A DNA stretch of 64,000 nucleotides, from positions 5,564,626 through 5,628,625 of the forward strand of contig MU054220.1 of the NCBI GenBank assembly GCA_013239625.1. The letters are read 5' to 3'. The notes beneath the pieces were generated by a model. That model had not been told where the DNA came from and searched no databases. It worked only from the letters and a program-made list of their open reading frames with translations. The DNA comes from Lama guanicoe. Its lineage: Eukaryota. Positions 11,767-24,715 of the stretch are shown here, piece after piece; positions within the stretch are counted from its first letter, which is position 1, and the number at the start of each line of letters is the position of its first letter. The translations under genes and the position numbers were made by a program.

Positions 11767-14700
11767 CAGAGATCACTCAGTGGGAAAAGCCCCGTTTTTT
11801 CAGGGCATCTGCTGACAATCATTGGCATTAAAAAAAAAAAAAAAGTCACAGCTGCGTAAGGCAGTTTTTCCAGTTGAGGCAAACAAGAGACTGACCAAAA
11901 AACTTAAAGGTAAATCTGGGGAATAAGATGTCTGTGGGGGCTTTGAAAAGCACTGACATATTCCTGGGGATTTATAAGGCCATGGACATATACAGGGCTG
12001 TGCACATACCCAAAACAGATCTAAGAAGGCCCTAATCTTTTACCTCTGCTGACCTTAGGGATTTGTGCAAGCAGGAAGTAAAGGCTAAGGCAGATTTGTA
12101 AACTTTTGGAAGGTTGCAGATGAGCCCTACCACACACATGGAGCCCCAGAGGAAAGAATGAGAGACTTACTGCTTCAAGACATTTAAGAAAATTTCTTTC
12201 TAACCATTAGCTGACCACTGAGATGATAACCAGGCAGAGACTTCAGTCAGTGGTCAGACATAACAAGGAATACAGAGCTTGCAGAATTAGATCAAGAAAT
12301 TCACTAAACTGTAGCAAAAGCAGCAACAGCAACACAAAAACCCTGCAGGGGTGAGGGTTCTGATTGCCAGAGTTGCCACAGTATATTTATTTATATGCCG
12401 TGTTATTTATAGTGTCCAGTTTTAAACAAGAAAAAAAATTAGAAGATACACAAAGGGGGGAAAAAAGCAGTCAATAGAAACTGTCCCTGAGGAAGTCCAG
12501 ATAATAGACTTACTACAGCTATTTGAACCAGCTATTGTGAATATGTTCAAAGAACCCAAGGAAACCATGTCTAACAAATTGAAGTATAAGAACAATGGAA
12601 GAAATGATTTCTACAAGAGATACATTTTGAATTCAGAGACACAAATAGGTTGGATTGTAGCATAATGGAAAAGATATGTCATCACAGTAACCAAAAGAGA
12701 GCTAAGTGGCAGTAATAATATCAGACAAATAGACATTATGACAAAAATGATTACTAAAGACAAAGAAGAACATTTTATAATAGTAAAAGGATGAGTTAAT
12801 CAAAACTAAAAATATTGTAAATGTGTATGTCCCTAACAACAGAGTCCCAAAATATGTGAAGCAAAAATTGACAGAATTGAAATGAAAAACAAAAGTTGGT
12901 TTTTTGAAAAGATCAATGAAGTTGAGAAAACTTTAAACTGAACAAGAGAAAATGAGGAAGTAATAAATGGAGACTTTAATACCACACTTTCAATAATGGA
13001 TATAACAAGTAAGCAGAAGATCAGCAAGGGAATAAAAGACTCATAAAACACTGTAACCTGACTGTACCTAATAGACATTTATAGAAGACTCTGCACAACA
13101 ACAGCAGAATACACATTCTTCTCAAGTGCATAGGGAAAATTCTCCAGAATAGACAATGCGTCAGATCACTATATAAACATCAATCAACTGAAAAGGATCA
13201 AAATTATAAAATGTAAAATCACGAAAGAATGAAATCAAATACAAAAAAATTTCGAAAATGCACAAGTATGTGAATCCTTTATACACTCCTACAAAAATAG
13301 AAGAGGGAACACTTTGTAATTCATTCTATGAGGTCAGTATTATCCTGATATCAAAACATGACAAAGACATCATAAGAGAAGAAAACTACAGATCAATATC
13401 TCTTTTAAGTTTAGATGCAAAAATCCTTTGAAAAATGCTGGAAAACCCAAAATCAAGCAACATATGTAAAATAATTTCTATATCACAACCAAGTGATATT
13501 TATTCTGGGGATAAAAGATTGATTTAACATCTGAAAACTAATTAATGTACTATATCATATGAATAGAATAAAAGAAAAAAATCATATGATCATATCAGTA
13601 AATGCAGAAAAAAATTTGAAAAAATTCATGAAAAAAAAGCTCAATCAACTAGGAATAGAAGGGAATTTCTAGAAACTAATAAAGGTCAATTACAAAACAC
13701 CTACAGCTAACATCATACTTAATAGTAAAAGATTAAATATTTCCCCACTAAAATCAAGAGAAACACAATGATGTACATTCTCATCACATGTTATCATTGA
13801 ACTGGAGATTCTAATCAGAGCAATTAATAAGAAAATGAAATAAAACAAATCCCAAAGAGGAAGAAAGAAGTAAAATTAACAGAGATCACTCAGTGGGAAA
13901 AGCCCCGTTTTTTCAGGGCATCTGCTGACAATCATTGGCATTAAAAAAAAAAAAAAAGTCACAGCTGCGTAAGGCAGTTTTTCCAGTTGAGGCAAACAAG
14001 AGACTGACCAAAAAACTTAAAGGTAAATCTGGGGAATAAGATGTCTGTGGGGGCTTTGAAAAGCACTGACATATTCCTGGGGATTTATAAGGCCATGGAC
14101 ATATACAGGGCTGTGCACATACCCAAAACAGATCTAAGAAGGCCCTAATCTTTTACCTCTGCTGACCTTAGGGATTTGTGCAAGCAGGAAGTAAAGGCTA
14201 AGGCAGATTTGTAAACTTTTGGAAGGTTGCAGATGAGCCCTACCACACACATGGAGCCCCAGAGGAAAGAATGAGAGACTTACTGCTTCAAGACATTTAA
14301 GAAAATTTCTTTCTAACCATTAGCTGACCACTGAGATGATAACCAGGCAGAGACTTCAGTCAGTGGTCAGACATAACAAGGAATACAGAGCTTGCAGAAT
14401 TAGATCAAGAAATTCACTGAACTGTAGCAAAAGCAGCAACAGCAACACAAAAACCCTGCAGGGGTGAGGGTTCTGATTGCCAGAGTTGCCACAGTATATT
14501 TATTTATATGCCGTGTTATTTATAGTGTCCAGTTTTAAACAAGAAAAAAAATTAGAAGATACACAAAGGGGGGAAAAAAGCAGTCAATAGAAACTGTCCC
14601 TGAGGAAGTCCAGATAATAGACTTACTACAGCTATTTGAACCAGCTATTGTGAATATGTTCAAAGAACCCAAGGAAACCATGTCTAACAAATTGAAGTAT

Positions 14701-15991
14701 AAGAACAATGGAAGAAATGATTTCTACAAGAGATACATTTTGAATTCAGAGACACAAATAGGTTGGATTGTAGCATAATGGAAAAGATATGTCATCACAG
14801 TAACCAAAAGAGAGCTAAGTGGCAGTAATAATATCAGACAAATAGACATTATGACAAAAATGATTACTAAAGACAAAGAAGAACATTTTATAATAGTAAA
14901 AGGATGAGTTAATCAAAACTAAAAATATTGTAAATGTGTATGTCCCTAACAACAGAGTCCCAAAATATGTGAAGCAAAAATTGACAGAATTGAAATGAAA
15001 AACAAAAGTTGGTTTTTTGAAAAGATCAATGAAGTTGAGAAAACTTTAAACTGAACAAGAGAAAATGAGGAAGTAATAAATGGAGACTTTAATACCACAC
15101 TTTCAATAATGGATATAACAAGTAAGCAGAAGATCAGCAAGGGAATAAAAGACTCATAAAACACTGTAACCTGACTGTACCTAATAGACATTTATAGAAG
15201 ACTCTGCACAACAACAGCAGAATACACATTCTTCTCAAGTGCATAGGGAAAATTCTCCAGAATAGACAATGCGTCAGATCACTATATAAACATCAATCAA
15301 CTGAAAAGGATCAAAATTATAAAATGTAAAATCACAAAAGAATGAAATCAAATACAAAAAAATTTCGAAAATGCACAAGTATGTGAATCCTTTATACACT
15401 CCTACAAAAATAGAAGAGGGAACACTTTGTAATTCATTCTATGAGGTCAGTATTATCCTGATATCAAAACATGACAAAGACATCATAAGAGAAGAAAACT
15501 ACAGATCAATATCTCTTTTAAGTTTAGATGCAAAAATCCTTTGAAAAATGCTGGAAAACCCAAAATCAAGCAACATATGTAAAATAATTTCTATATCACA
15601 ACCAAGTGATATTTATTCTGGGGATAAAAGATTGATTTAACATCTGAAAACTAATTAATGTACTATATCATATGAATAGAATAAAAGAAAAAAATCATAT
15701 GATCATATCAGTAAATGCAGAAAAAAATTTGAAAAAATTCATGAAAAAAAAGCTCAATCAACTAGGAATAGAAGGGAATTTCTAGAAACTAATAAAGGTC
15801 AATTACAAAACACCTACAGCTAACATCATACTTAATAGTAAAAGATTAAATATTTCCCCACTAAAATCAAGAGAAACACAATGATGTACATTCTCATCAC
15901 ATGTTATCATTGAACTGGAGATTCTAATCAGAGCAATTAATAAGAAAATGAAATAAAACAAATCCCAAAGAGGAAGAAAGAAGTAAAATTA
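11767..15991 (+). repeat. head-to-tail tandem duplication, 2 x 2112 bp (period 2113)
   Basis: 11767-13878 matches 13880-15991; the ORF track gives identical 81-aa ORFs at 12833 and 14946; only two differences spotted by eye. Confidence 0.98.
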
Positions 15992-17048
15992 TCCTGAGTC
16001 ACAGATGACATGAAGTTGTACATAGAGAATCCTAAGAAACCCATTGTAAACTATTATAAATAAGAAATGAGTTCAGCATTGGAAGATACTGGATTAATAT
16101 ACAGAAATTGATTGCAATTTTGTACACTATGAAAAATCTAAACATAAAATTAGGAAAAATTAATTAATATAAAGGCTTTCTATGTTCATGGAAAAGAAAA
16201 TTAATATTATTAAGATGGCATTGATATACACATTCAATGCAATCCCTATCAAAACCCCAGCTAACATTCATACAGAAATTAATAACCTGATCCTAAAGTT
16301 CACATGGAAATGTAAGGGACCCAGAATAGACAAAAGAAAAATTCTGAAAAAGAACAAAATTTGAGGACTTACCCTTCCCAATTTGAAAACTTGCTAAAAA
16401 GTGACAATAAATGAGACAGTGTGATACTTGTATAAGGGTAGACATACAGATCAATGAAGTAGAATTTAGAATCCAGAAATAAATCTTTATGTTTATGGTC
16501 AGTTTATTTTTGGCAAGGATACCAAGACCACATTAAGGGAAAAGAAGTGTCTTTTGAACAGATAGTGTGGAAACAATTGGATAATCAACTGCAAAAGGAT
16601 GAATTTAGATCCCTATGTTATATTCTATATAAACATTAATTAAAATGGATCATAAACCTAAATATAAGAGCTAAATATATAAAACTCTTAGAAGAAAACA
16701 TAGGAGTAGCTCTTCATGACCTTTGGCAGGCAATCATTTCTTACTTCTGACACCAAAAGTACAAATGACAAGAGAGAAAATAGACAAATTGGATTTTATA
16801 AAAATTAAAAACATATCTATCTCAAAGGATGTCACCAAGAAAGCGAAAAGACAACCCACAGATTGGAAGAAAATATTTGTAAATCATAAATCTGATAAGG
16901 GACATTGATCCAAAATATACAGAGGATATTTACAACTCAGCAATAAAGACAGTTAACCCAATTACAAAAAAATGGGCAACAATTCGAATAGACATTTTGC
17001 TAAAGAATATATACACATGGTCAATAATCTCATAAAAAGATGGTCAAC

Positions 17049-17138
17049 ATCAGCAGTCATTAAGGAAATATAAATCAAGTGCACAATGAGATAATCAGCA
17101 GTCATTAAGGAAATATAAATCAAGTGCACAATGAGATA
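17049..17138 (+). repeat. perfect 45-bp tandem duplication within L1
   Basis: atcagcagtcattaaggaaatataaatcaagtgcacaatgagata at 17049-17093 and 17094-17138. Confidence 0.97.
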
Positions 17139-17862
17139 TCACTTCATACTCACTGGGATGGTGAAAGCCAAAAAGTCAGACAGTAAGAAGTGTTGACAAG
17201 ACTGTAGGAAAATTGGAATCATCATACATTTTTGATGGCATTGGAAAATGGTGCTGCCACTTTGGAAAACAGTTTGATATTTCGATAGTTCCTCAAAATG
17301 TTAAGAAAGTTATATCACTGTGAAATTTCACTTTTAGGTACATACCTAAGATAAATAAAAACATATGCCCACACAAAAACTTGTAGATGAATGTCATACC
17401 ACCATTATATGTAAGTTCCCCAAAGCGGAAACATCCTAAGTGTCTCTCAGCTGATCAATGGATAAACAAAATGTGGTTTATCCATACAAGAGAATATTAT
17501 TTCAATAATAAAAAAGAATGAAGTGCTAAATACACACTAATATAAACACTAAAATACAGATGAGTCTTGAAAATAGTATTTTTGAAAGTCAGTCAGACAT
17601 CATATGATTCCATTTAGTCCAGAGTGAGTAAATCTATAGAGATAGAAAGTAGGCTATTAGTTGCCAGGGACTGTGTCAAGGGACTGGGGAGTGACTGGTA
17701 ATGGGTATGGGGTTTCTTTTGAGGGTAATGAATATATCCTAAAATTGTATAGTGGTGATATTTGCACATCTCTGCAAATGTACCAAAACCCAGAAAGTTG
17801 TACAATTTAAAACAGTGGGTCTTCTGGCATTTTGATAATATCTCAAAGATGTTATCAAAAAT

Positions 17863-18060
17863 ATTACTTTATATACTTCATGGATATGTTTGGAGAAGCA
17901 AGAGGGTACATACTGAGAGCCAATTTAGAGACAAATTGCAGCAATTCAGGGCAAGTAATGATGGTGGCCAGGACTAGGGTGGTAGCAGTAGAAATAGAAT
18001 CGAAAAAGTGGCAGATTTGAAAACTATTTTGGTGGGATATGTAACATCAAGAATACTAAC
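17863..18060 (-). mobile_element. L2, part 2 (continuation after L1)
   Basis: ttgcagcaattcagggcaagtaatgatggtggccaggactagggtggtagcagtagaaatag...aagtggcagatttg is the L2 segment that normally follows part 1. Confidence 0.8.
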
Positions 18061-18719
18061 CATTATTGAGCTCTTTAAATTTTCTGGCTTTGTGCTAAAT
18101 TCTTTGTGAATACCAATTGATAATCCTCCCAATGACCCTTTTGTGGTAGATTCTATTTTAACCTGCATTTACTAATCAGGAAACTGATCTACTTAGAGAT
18201 GAAATCAGTCTGTGCTTAGTACCTTTGTGTAAAAAAGCTTAATTAAATGCTGGTATTTTCTATTAATGGAACATAGTTTTAGGAAATGTCAGATGACCCT
18301 GATTTCAATCTGGAGGCTGCCTAGCTAGTCAGTCATTTCATGTTGTTTCACCTTGGTACTTTAATGCCTTCTAAGTACATACTGTTAGATTATGTCTGTT
18401 TGATTTATGCCTTCCATGATAATAGATCAGTAGTAAGCATGCAGTCTGGTGCTGACTAAGCCCACTTCTCCAAGGAAAAGGATCAAAAGGAAAACTCCAG
18501 GCATCACAGCTCCTGACTGCACAATGCTCTGAGCCTGACCACACTGTCTGCTTTCCACTGACCAGCGCTGATTTCATCCGACACCTTATCCCTTATATCA
18601 GTCATAACGAGAAGCCCCAAATGAACTGGTTACTCTCTACCTCCCTGTTCTGTTCCCTCTCAGGCTCTGCATAGCCTCCTTTTCCCACCTAACTCTCTGC
18701 CCTCCCTAGATGCCAAATG

Positions 18720-19735
18720 TTTTCCACTATGACATCTGAAATTTGTGGTCTATCATCAGCAAAACATCTATTTCTAAAAATCTCTTCTTTGAGCATTTTC
18801 TTTATCTTCTTACTTTGAATAAAACCTTGTTTCTCAACCCTTCATTCTCTGTACTCTCTTTTTTAATGATTTCATCCAGGATTATATCAATGGTTCTATA
18901 CTCATTACTCTCAAATTTATATATTTATCTAAAACCTCTTTTCCAAGGTCTGGACGTCTATATCTCTCTGCCTCTGTCCTTATGTCCTCCTCTTTTCTCT
19001 GTTTCTCTTGGTCTCTTCTGCCTCCAACATGCTCTGAGCCATTATTATCTTTGTCTTCCAAGTAGTCTCCCTATATTATTACTGTGTCCCCCACAGTCTA
19101 TTCATGTGACTGCTAAAGAGATCTTTTAAAAAAAAACCTAAGTCAAATCTTGTCACTCTCCTGCTCAAAGTCCTGCAGCGACTCCCCGTTTAAAAAAAAA
19201 AAAAAAAAAAGAAGAGTTAAGTCAAAATGTTTGTAATAGCTTTTTACCCATCCATGACCTCTCTGACTTCATTACCACTCACTCTTTCTCTTGGTCATTC
19301 CCTTTTCTGTAAAAACTCGGCGTACAGCCCTGACCCAGGACACATACTACTGGAACTTTCTTCCCTTAAGCATCTACATAGCTCACTAATTCAGTTTCTT
19401 CAGATCTTTCCTTAAATGCCACTCTCTCAATAAGGCCTATTTTAACTGCCTTTCTTAAAATTGGAACTTCTTTGGCCTCCACATACCTGACTCTCTTAAC
19501 TCTCCTTATTTTGTTGAACTTTTCCCTTTCTTCAAAAGCACTTATAATTATTGAACATGTTAGTCACTTTAGTCATATGTTTATTGCTTGTTTTTCATCT
19601 CTGTCGGCTAGAAGATAAGCTCCTTTAGGAAAGAGAGTTTTGTTCATTTTGGTTAGTTCTCTAGTATCTTCCAAAGTAATAACTAGAGCATTATCTGCCA
19701 CAGAGTAGGTGCTTAATATTTTTAATGGATATATA
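18720..19735 (+). mobile_element. L2 with 5' endonuclease remnant joined to the 3' region
   Basis: Translation HYDI*NLWSIISKTSISKNLFFEHFLYLLTLNKTLF resembles the L2 APE-endonuclease start; downstream text is L2a-type (tcttgtcactctcctgctcaaagtcctgcag) ending cacagagtaggtgcttaatattt. Confidence 0.75.
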
Positions 19736-19942
19736 AGTAATTCTATGCTCAAGTATTAATATTTATTGGAGGATGCAATGATATGTTCTTAATCCCTTTG
19801 GGAACATACAACTAAACCTTGATCTGAACTCACTGCAGATAAAAAAGGAGGAAAATGTTGGACTTTTTTTTAGTAGACAAGAAATAACATCTATAGCACT
19901 AGCCATGTACACCCCAGGATAGACTATATCAAACCACCTCTG

Positions 19943-20777
19943 CAAGCAAACCTCATTTTATTGCACTTTGCTTTTTGTGCTTCACAGATTTTTGTGTTTT
20001 TGTTTCTTGTTTTTTGTTTTTTTAACAAATTGAAGATTTGCAGCTACCCTGAATTAAGCAAGTCCATTGATACCATTTTTTTCAACAGCATTTGCTCACT
20101 TCATGTCTCTCTGTCTGTGTTTTGGGAATTCCCACAAAACTTCGGACTTTCTCAGTATGATAATATTTGCTGCAGTGTGATCAGTGATCTTTCATGTTAC
20201 TATTAGCATCGTTCTGTTGCGTTCAGAACTGTGCCCATATAAGATGGTGAACTTAACGGATAAATGTCTGTATTCCGACTGCTCCACTGTCCAGCCATCC
20301 CCAGTCTCTCTCTTCTCGGGCCTCCCTATTCTCTGAGACACAACAATATTGAAATTAGGCTGATTAATGACCCTACAATAGCCTCTGAGTATTCCAGTGA
20401 AAGGAAGAGTCCAACAACATGGCGAACTTCATTGTTGTCTTATTCTAAGAAACTACTGCAGCCGCCCGGGACTTCAGCAAATGCAACCCTGGCTGGCTGG
20501 CAGTCATCAACATTGAGGCGAGAAGCAACTATAACTCAGGGAAGTCTCTGGTGATGTTTAGAATTTTTTAGCAATAAAGTATTTTTAAATTAAGGTTTGT
20601 ATATAATGTTTTTAGACATAATGATGTTGCACACTCAATAGACCACAGTAGAGCGTAAACATACTTTTGTATGCACTGCCTGGGAAATCAAAAAAACTCA
20701 TATGACTTGCTTTATTATGATGTTCACTTTATTGCTGTGGTCTGAAACTGAACCACAGTATCTTCAAGAAGTGTCTG
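19943..20777 (+). mobile_element. Tigger1 DNA transposon, internally deleted (both ends kept)
   Basis: Left end caagcaaacctcattttattgcactttgc; right end ctttattgctgtggtctgaaactgaaccacagtatcttcaagaagtgtctg followed by TA; deletion junction near gaaaggaagagtc at about 20411. Confidence 0.9.
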
Positions 20778-21199
20778 TAATTAACTCTCCAATATCTTTG
20801 CCTTCTTTATGAGTTTTTATGCTTCATTAAATTAGGCCACCTTAGTGGGAAGTTTAGTCTTACACAATTAGCTCTTTAACGTTTTTCTTTTTGTTTTTGT
20901 ATGTAGTATCAGTTTTCCTCGCTAAAATTTTCTTCTTTGCATTGTAGATTCCCTTCATTTTATGACTTTTAAAAATCCTCCTGTCTTTTTAAATTTCATA
21001 TTGAACTTTATCTGCCCTTAGCATGGGTTCCTTCCTCTGATGGTATTGAGTCTTCTGAAGTCTGCTTTTCTCCTTGCTCATTTTAGATTAATCCAGATTT
21101 GTGGGTTAGATACTAATGGTTTAGACATCTTCAGTGTATCAAACTCTGTCTTAGATTCTGGGGGACTTTCCAAAGGAAATAAAATGTGTGATTTATATT

Positions 21200-21720
21200 T
21201 GTTAGGGCTTTCTTAACTGTAACTGACAGCAGACCCGAAAGAAAGTTGAATAATCAGTTGATTGTATAGGGCAGTGCTGGGCCTCAGACACAACTTAACT
21301 AGGGACTCAAGTCCCATCACTCCTCTCTTCATTTTATACTTTTGCCTTTCTTGGGAATTTTGCTTCATTTTCTTTCTCCTCAGTTTTGCTTTTATTCACA
21401 TGGTAGGCAACCTAGTTTTAGACAACTCACAAATTTTATATTTTATGGTTTTATCCCTGAAAGGAGACTATCCTGCTATTCTCTTTGGCCCAAATACTAT
21501 ATACACCTGGAGGAAGGGTCTCATCCTCCTCGCCAAGGTCTGTTGCTTCCCCCTGTGAAAGATGTGGTAGGACGATATTGTACAAAAGCTGACGCTTCCC
21601 TGGAGGCCAAATGGATGAGAGCTTGCATCTCCCATAAAAGCAGGTGCTGTTTAGATGAATCAATATACCCTCTACTTGAAACCCATAATCACAGAGTTTG
21701 TGTTTACAGAGAAAGATCAA
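21200..21720 (-). mobile_element. old MaLR LTR (MLT1-type), diverged
   Basis: tgttagggctttcttaactgtaactgacag...ggcctcagacac...agggactcaa pattern. Confidence 0.45.
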
Positions 21721-22169
21721 ATGATAATTGAGGGAAGTATACACTTAGAGGAAAGTCTGAAATCAAACTGCATGGAAGAGTCGCTAAAAAACAAACAAAC
21801 AAAAAATGGAGCAAATGGCATCAATCTGAAGAGTTTTGGGAGGCTAACATTAAACCAATAACCTGTAAAGTTGAGTTTTAGAAAGAAAAAAGGGGTCCAG
21901 GATTATTTACTCCAGTTATTTCTATAACTAGGGTGTCTAGGTCCTTCAGAATCCTGGAAATGGAGATTTTTCTATGAACTATTTTTTTAAACATATTTTT
22001 CTATTAAATTTCTCTCCCACAGTACAAACAGCAGTAACAGTATCAACAACAAATCTTTATTTACTGAAACTGCTGATATGACACAAAGCTGTAAATAAAA
22101 TCTCCCCCCCCCCATTTTTATTGCCTCTCCCATCACAGAAAGATGAAATTTTATAGAGACACCTTGGGG

Positions 22170-22562
22170 TATTTCTTTTGACAGAACAGTATCATATTTT
22201 ACATGTTACTTTGAAAATTGATTTTCTTTCTTAATAATATGTCATGACCATCCCTGCATGTCAGTCGTAATAATTCTAAAGCATATTTCAAGGAGCTGTG
22301 TAAGTTTTCACAGTAATAAAGTACCGCACTTTAACCATTCATTTATTGATGTTGTTCATATTCTTTCCAGTTTTTCTCCTTTTCAAACAATGTTCCAATA
22401 AAACTTTCCTTAACACTTCAGGCTTGACAATTTGTACTTTTATTTTAATAAGGCAGAGTCCTAAAACTCTGCCTTATCTATCAAAGATTTTATCTATTTT
22501 AAATTTAATAGATACCACTAGATAATTTACAAAGAAGTTGTAGGAATTCATTTTCAAACCAG

Positions 22563-22610
<48 letters not shown>

Positions 22611-22910
22611 GAATAGCCATTTCTCTACATCTTCGAAGATGTGATGTAGTATTCCATTTTAAGTGTGGAAATGTAATTTTATTATTTATTTGCTTTGTTC
22701 TGATGACTATTCCAGTTGAATATATTATTTTTATTGTCAATTAAAATTTTTCTTTTGTGAATTGCAAATACATATTCTTTCATCAGATGTCCATTGATTT
22801 GTTTGTCTTTCTCTGATCAGTTTGGACACGTTGTTTGTATATTACGGAGTGATAAATTATTTCTTTGTTACATATTTTGCAAATTTTCTCTAGGCTAATA
22901 ATATATGTGG
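22170..22910 (-). mobile_element. old L1 (L1ME-type) 3' fragments
   Basis: ttaaccattcatttattgatg...tttccagttttt and ttttttcttttgtgaattgc...catattttgcaaattttctc. Confidence 0.6.
22567..22607. repeat. (AT)n microsatellite, about 20 units
   Basis: Direct reading. Confidence 0.98.
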
Positions 22911-24715
22911 ATATGACTTTTTGTTATTTTTTTCTATACACATAGCACACATAGTTATTTTGCCCTTATATTTGTGTGTACTTTATATATATATCTGTGT
23001 ATACATATATATACACTTTAATATATATATACTTTTCCTTTATAACATTTGAGTTTTTGTGTTTTGAAAAATCTAGCAAGAAGACCCCACATACCATATT
23101 AGAAGCTTTCATTTTGAAAGTACAAATACAATTTTGATGAATAAAAAATTATGAAGTGAGATAGTTGCTTAGTAAATGGGAGTTTTCTTAGTAGTATTCA
23201 TCTTTCAAAATATGGAGAATGTGGTGACTTCAACAAAAGCTGTCTTTGTTGTAAAGTGTTTGGAAGTTTTTGGTCTAAGACAGGTGACTTATTTTAAGGT
23301 AGAAGCAAAAAATTACAGAATAGTGAAATGGCTTGTACCTGTCTCTGATATTGAAGATGAGAGTAAATTTAATGAATCTGTGAAGTAAAATATCTGAAAA
23401 TACATTTAATGAGAACAAGATGAAACTGGCTACATATAGCTTCCCTCTGCCTTTGGCCTTGTGACATGCTTCTTTTCCACTGACTCGTACATTGCTTTAC
23501 AGAAGAGCCAGCCCAGCAAAGAAGTAGTGGGGACCGTCAATACTTTATAGGTCTTTGAGGACACACTTGGGGTTAAGTTACCCTAACCAGAGATGGCCAA
23601 CTTTAAGAGCAAATAAGATTTCTCTTAATATATACTGATTCTTTTACTGTTATCACCGTAACAATGCAGCCCCATGATAAGACAATAGCATTACAGTTAA
23701 GAGTGCATAAAGTGAACCAATAAACTAACTTGAAAACACCAAAACCGGCCAGATTTCTGGCCACGGGGACAGAAGTGTTATAGGGATGGTCCAGAGAAAA
23801 GAAGACAATTTATTTGAACAGTAGATGTCAAAAGGGAGGGACCACCTACAAATCCTAGTCCTTAAGAAACATGGCTCTTAGCTATAAAGTCATACATTAA
23901 TAACACAACAGTGCCAATAAACAGAATATTTTTGAAACTTTATTGCTCTTATCATCTTTGACAACATATCACTATGAGAAAGTCAATAGGGACTTCTTCC
24001 CTTTCCAGCATACTAAATGTTTGAATCAAGCTTCTAAGAATTCCTTATCTACCACTTGCAAGTTTAGGGACAGCTCTGCATATTCCAGTGGAGCAGTCTA
24101 AGATTTGAATTCAGTAGGAAGCAGAGCTTGAAATGGGATCTAAGCATGTCAAATAATATTCCAACACTAATAATGGATCTCAAAAGTCTCTGGAGCCTGC
24201 TCAAAATTTCACCTGAACTATGAGTTACTTCCCCATGACACATATCTTCCTAGGTATGATCTACTTGATGCAATCAAATAATTGTCACAGATTCCATTTT
24301 CAAAAGTGGTCCATGGGGTTCGGTGTTTTCCATGTTGAAGAGCCATTTTTATGTTATGCTACTTATTGAACTTACTGTGGTTGCTTTGTCAAAATCTAAA
24401 TCAGTTATGATATTGATGAAATGTAATTTGGTAATGTAACTTTTTTCCCACTAAGGATTATATGTCTCTCAAATTTGCCCCTACGTCTCCACACTGTCTC
24501 TTTAGAACCTCCATTTTGGAGCTTCCATTACTCTCATCTACATCAGTGCAATAACCTAAATATTCTTCTGATCTTTTGTCTCATGCCCTCGTTACTTTCT
24601 CCAACGTGTAGCCAAATCAGTATTTCTAAAATATAAACCTAATTATACTTAAAATACTTCAAGGGTCTCATATGCACACCTTTTAATACAGTTTGAATGC
24701 TTTGCCATGGCATTC

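Larger units (their letters stand above)
11325..17862 (+). mobile_element. old L1 (L1MB/L1MC-type): 5' UTR, deleted ORF1, broken ORF2 and 3' UTR, with an internal tandem duplication
   Basis: ORF2 motifs are readable: NVYVPNNR (about 12820), GDFNTTLS (about 12969), NSFYEVSI (about 13318), TDDMKLYIENP (about 16001; decayed FADD), FNAIPIK (about 16233). L1MB-type 3' UTR at 17600-17860. Many stops and frameshifts. Confidence 0.92.

Noticed and set aside
12833..15191. Two identical 81-aa hydrophobic ORFs that look like a duplicated membrane-protein gene
   Set aside because: They are antisense readings of A-rich L1 ORF2 DNA inside the tandem duplication.
11325..17862. Active L1 or a functional reverse transcriptase system
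   Set aside because: ORF1 is largely deleted, ORF2 has many stops, frameshifts and deletions, and the FADD motif is decayed.
18743..19129. 128-aa ORF as a host gene
   Set aside because: It is L2-derived with a TTG start; only the first part resembles the endonuclease and the rest is low-complexity Leu/Ser/Phe.
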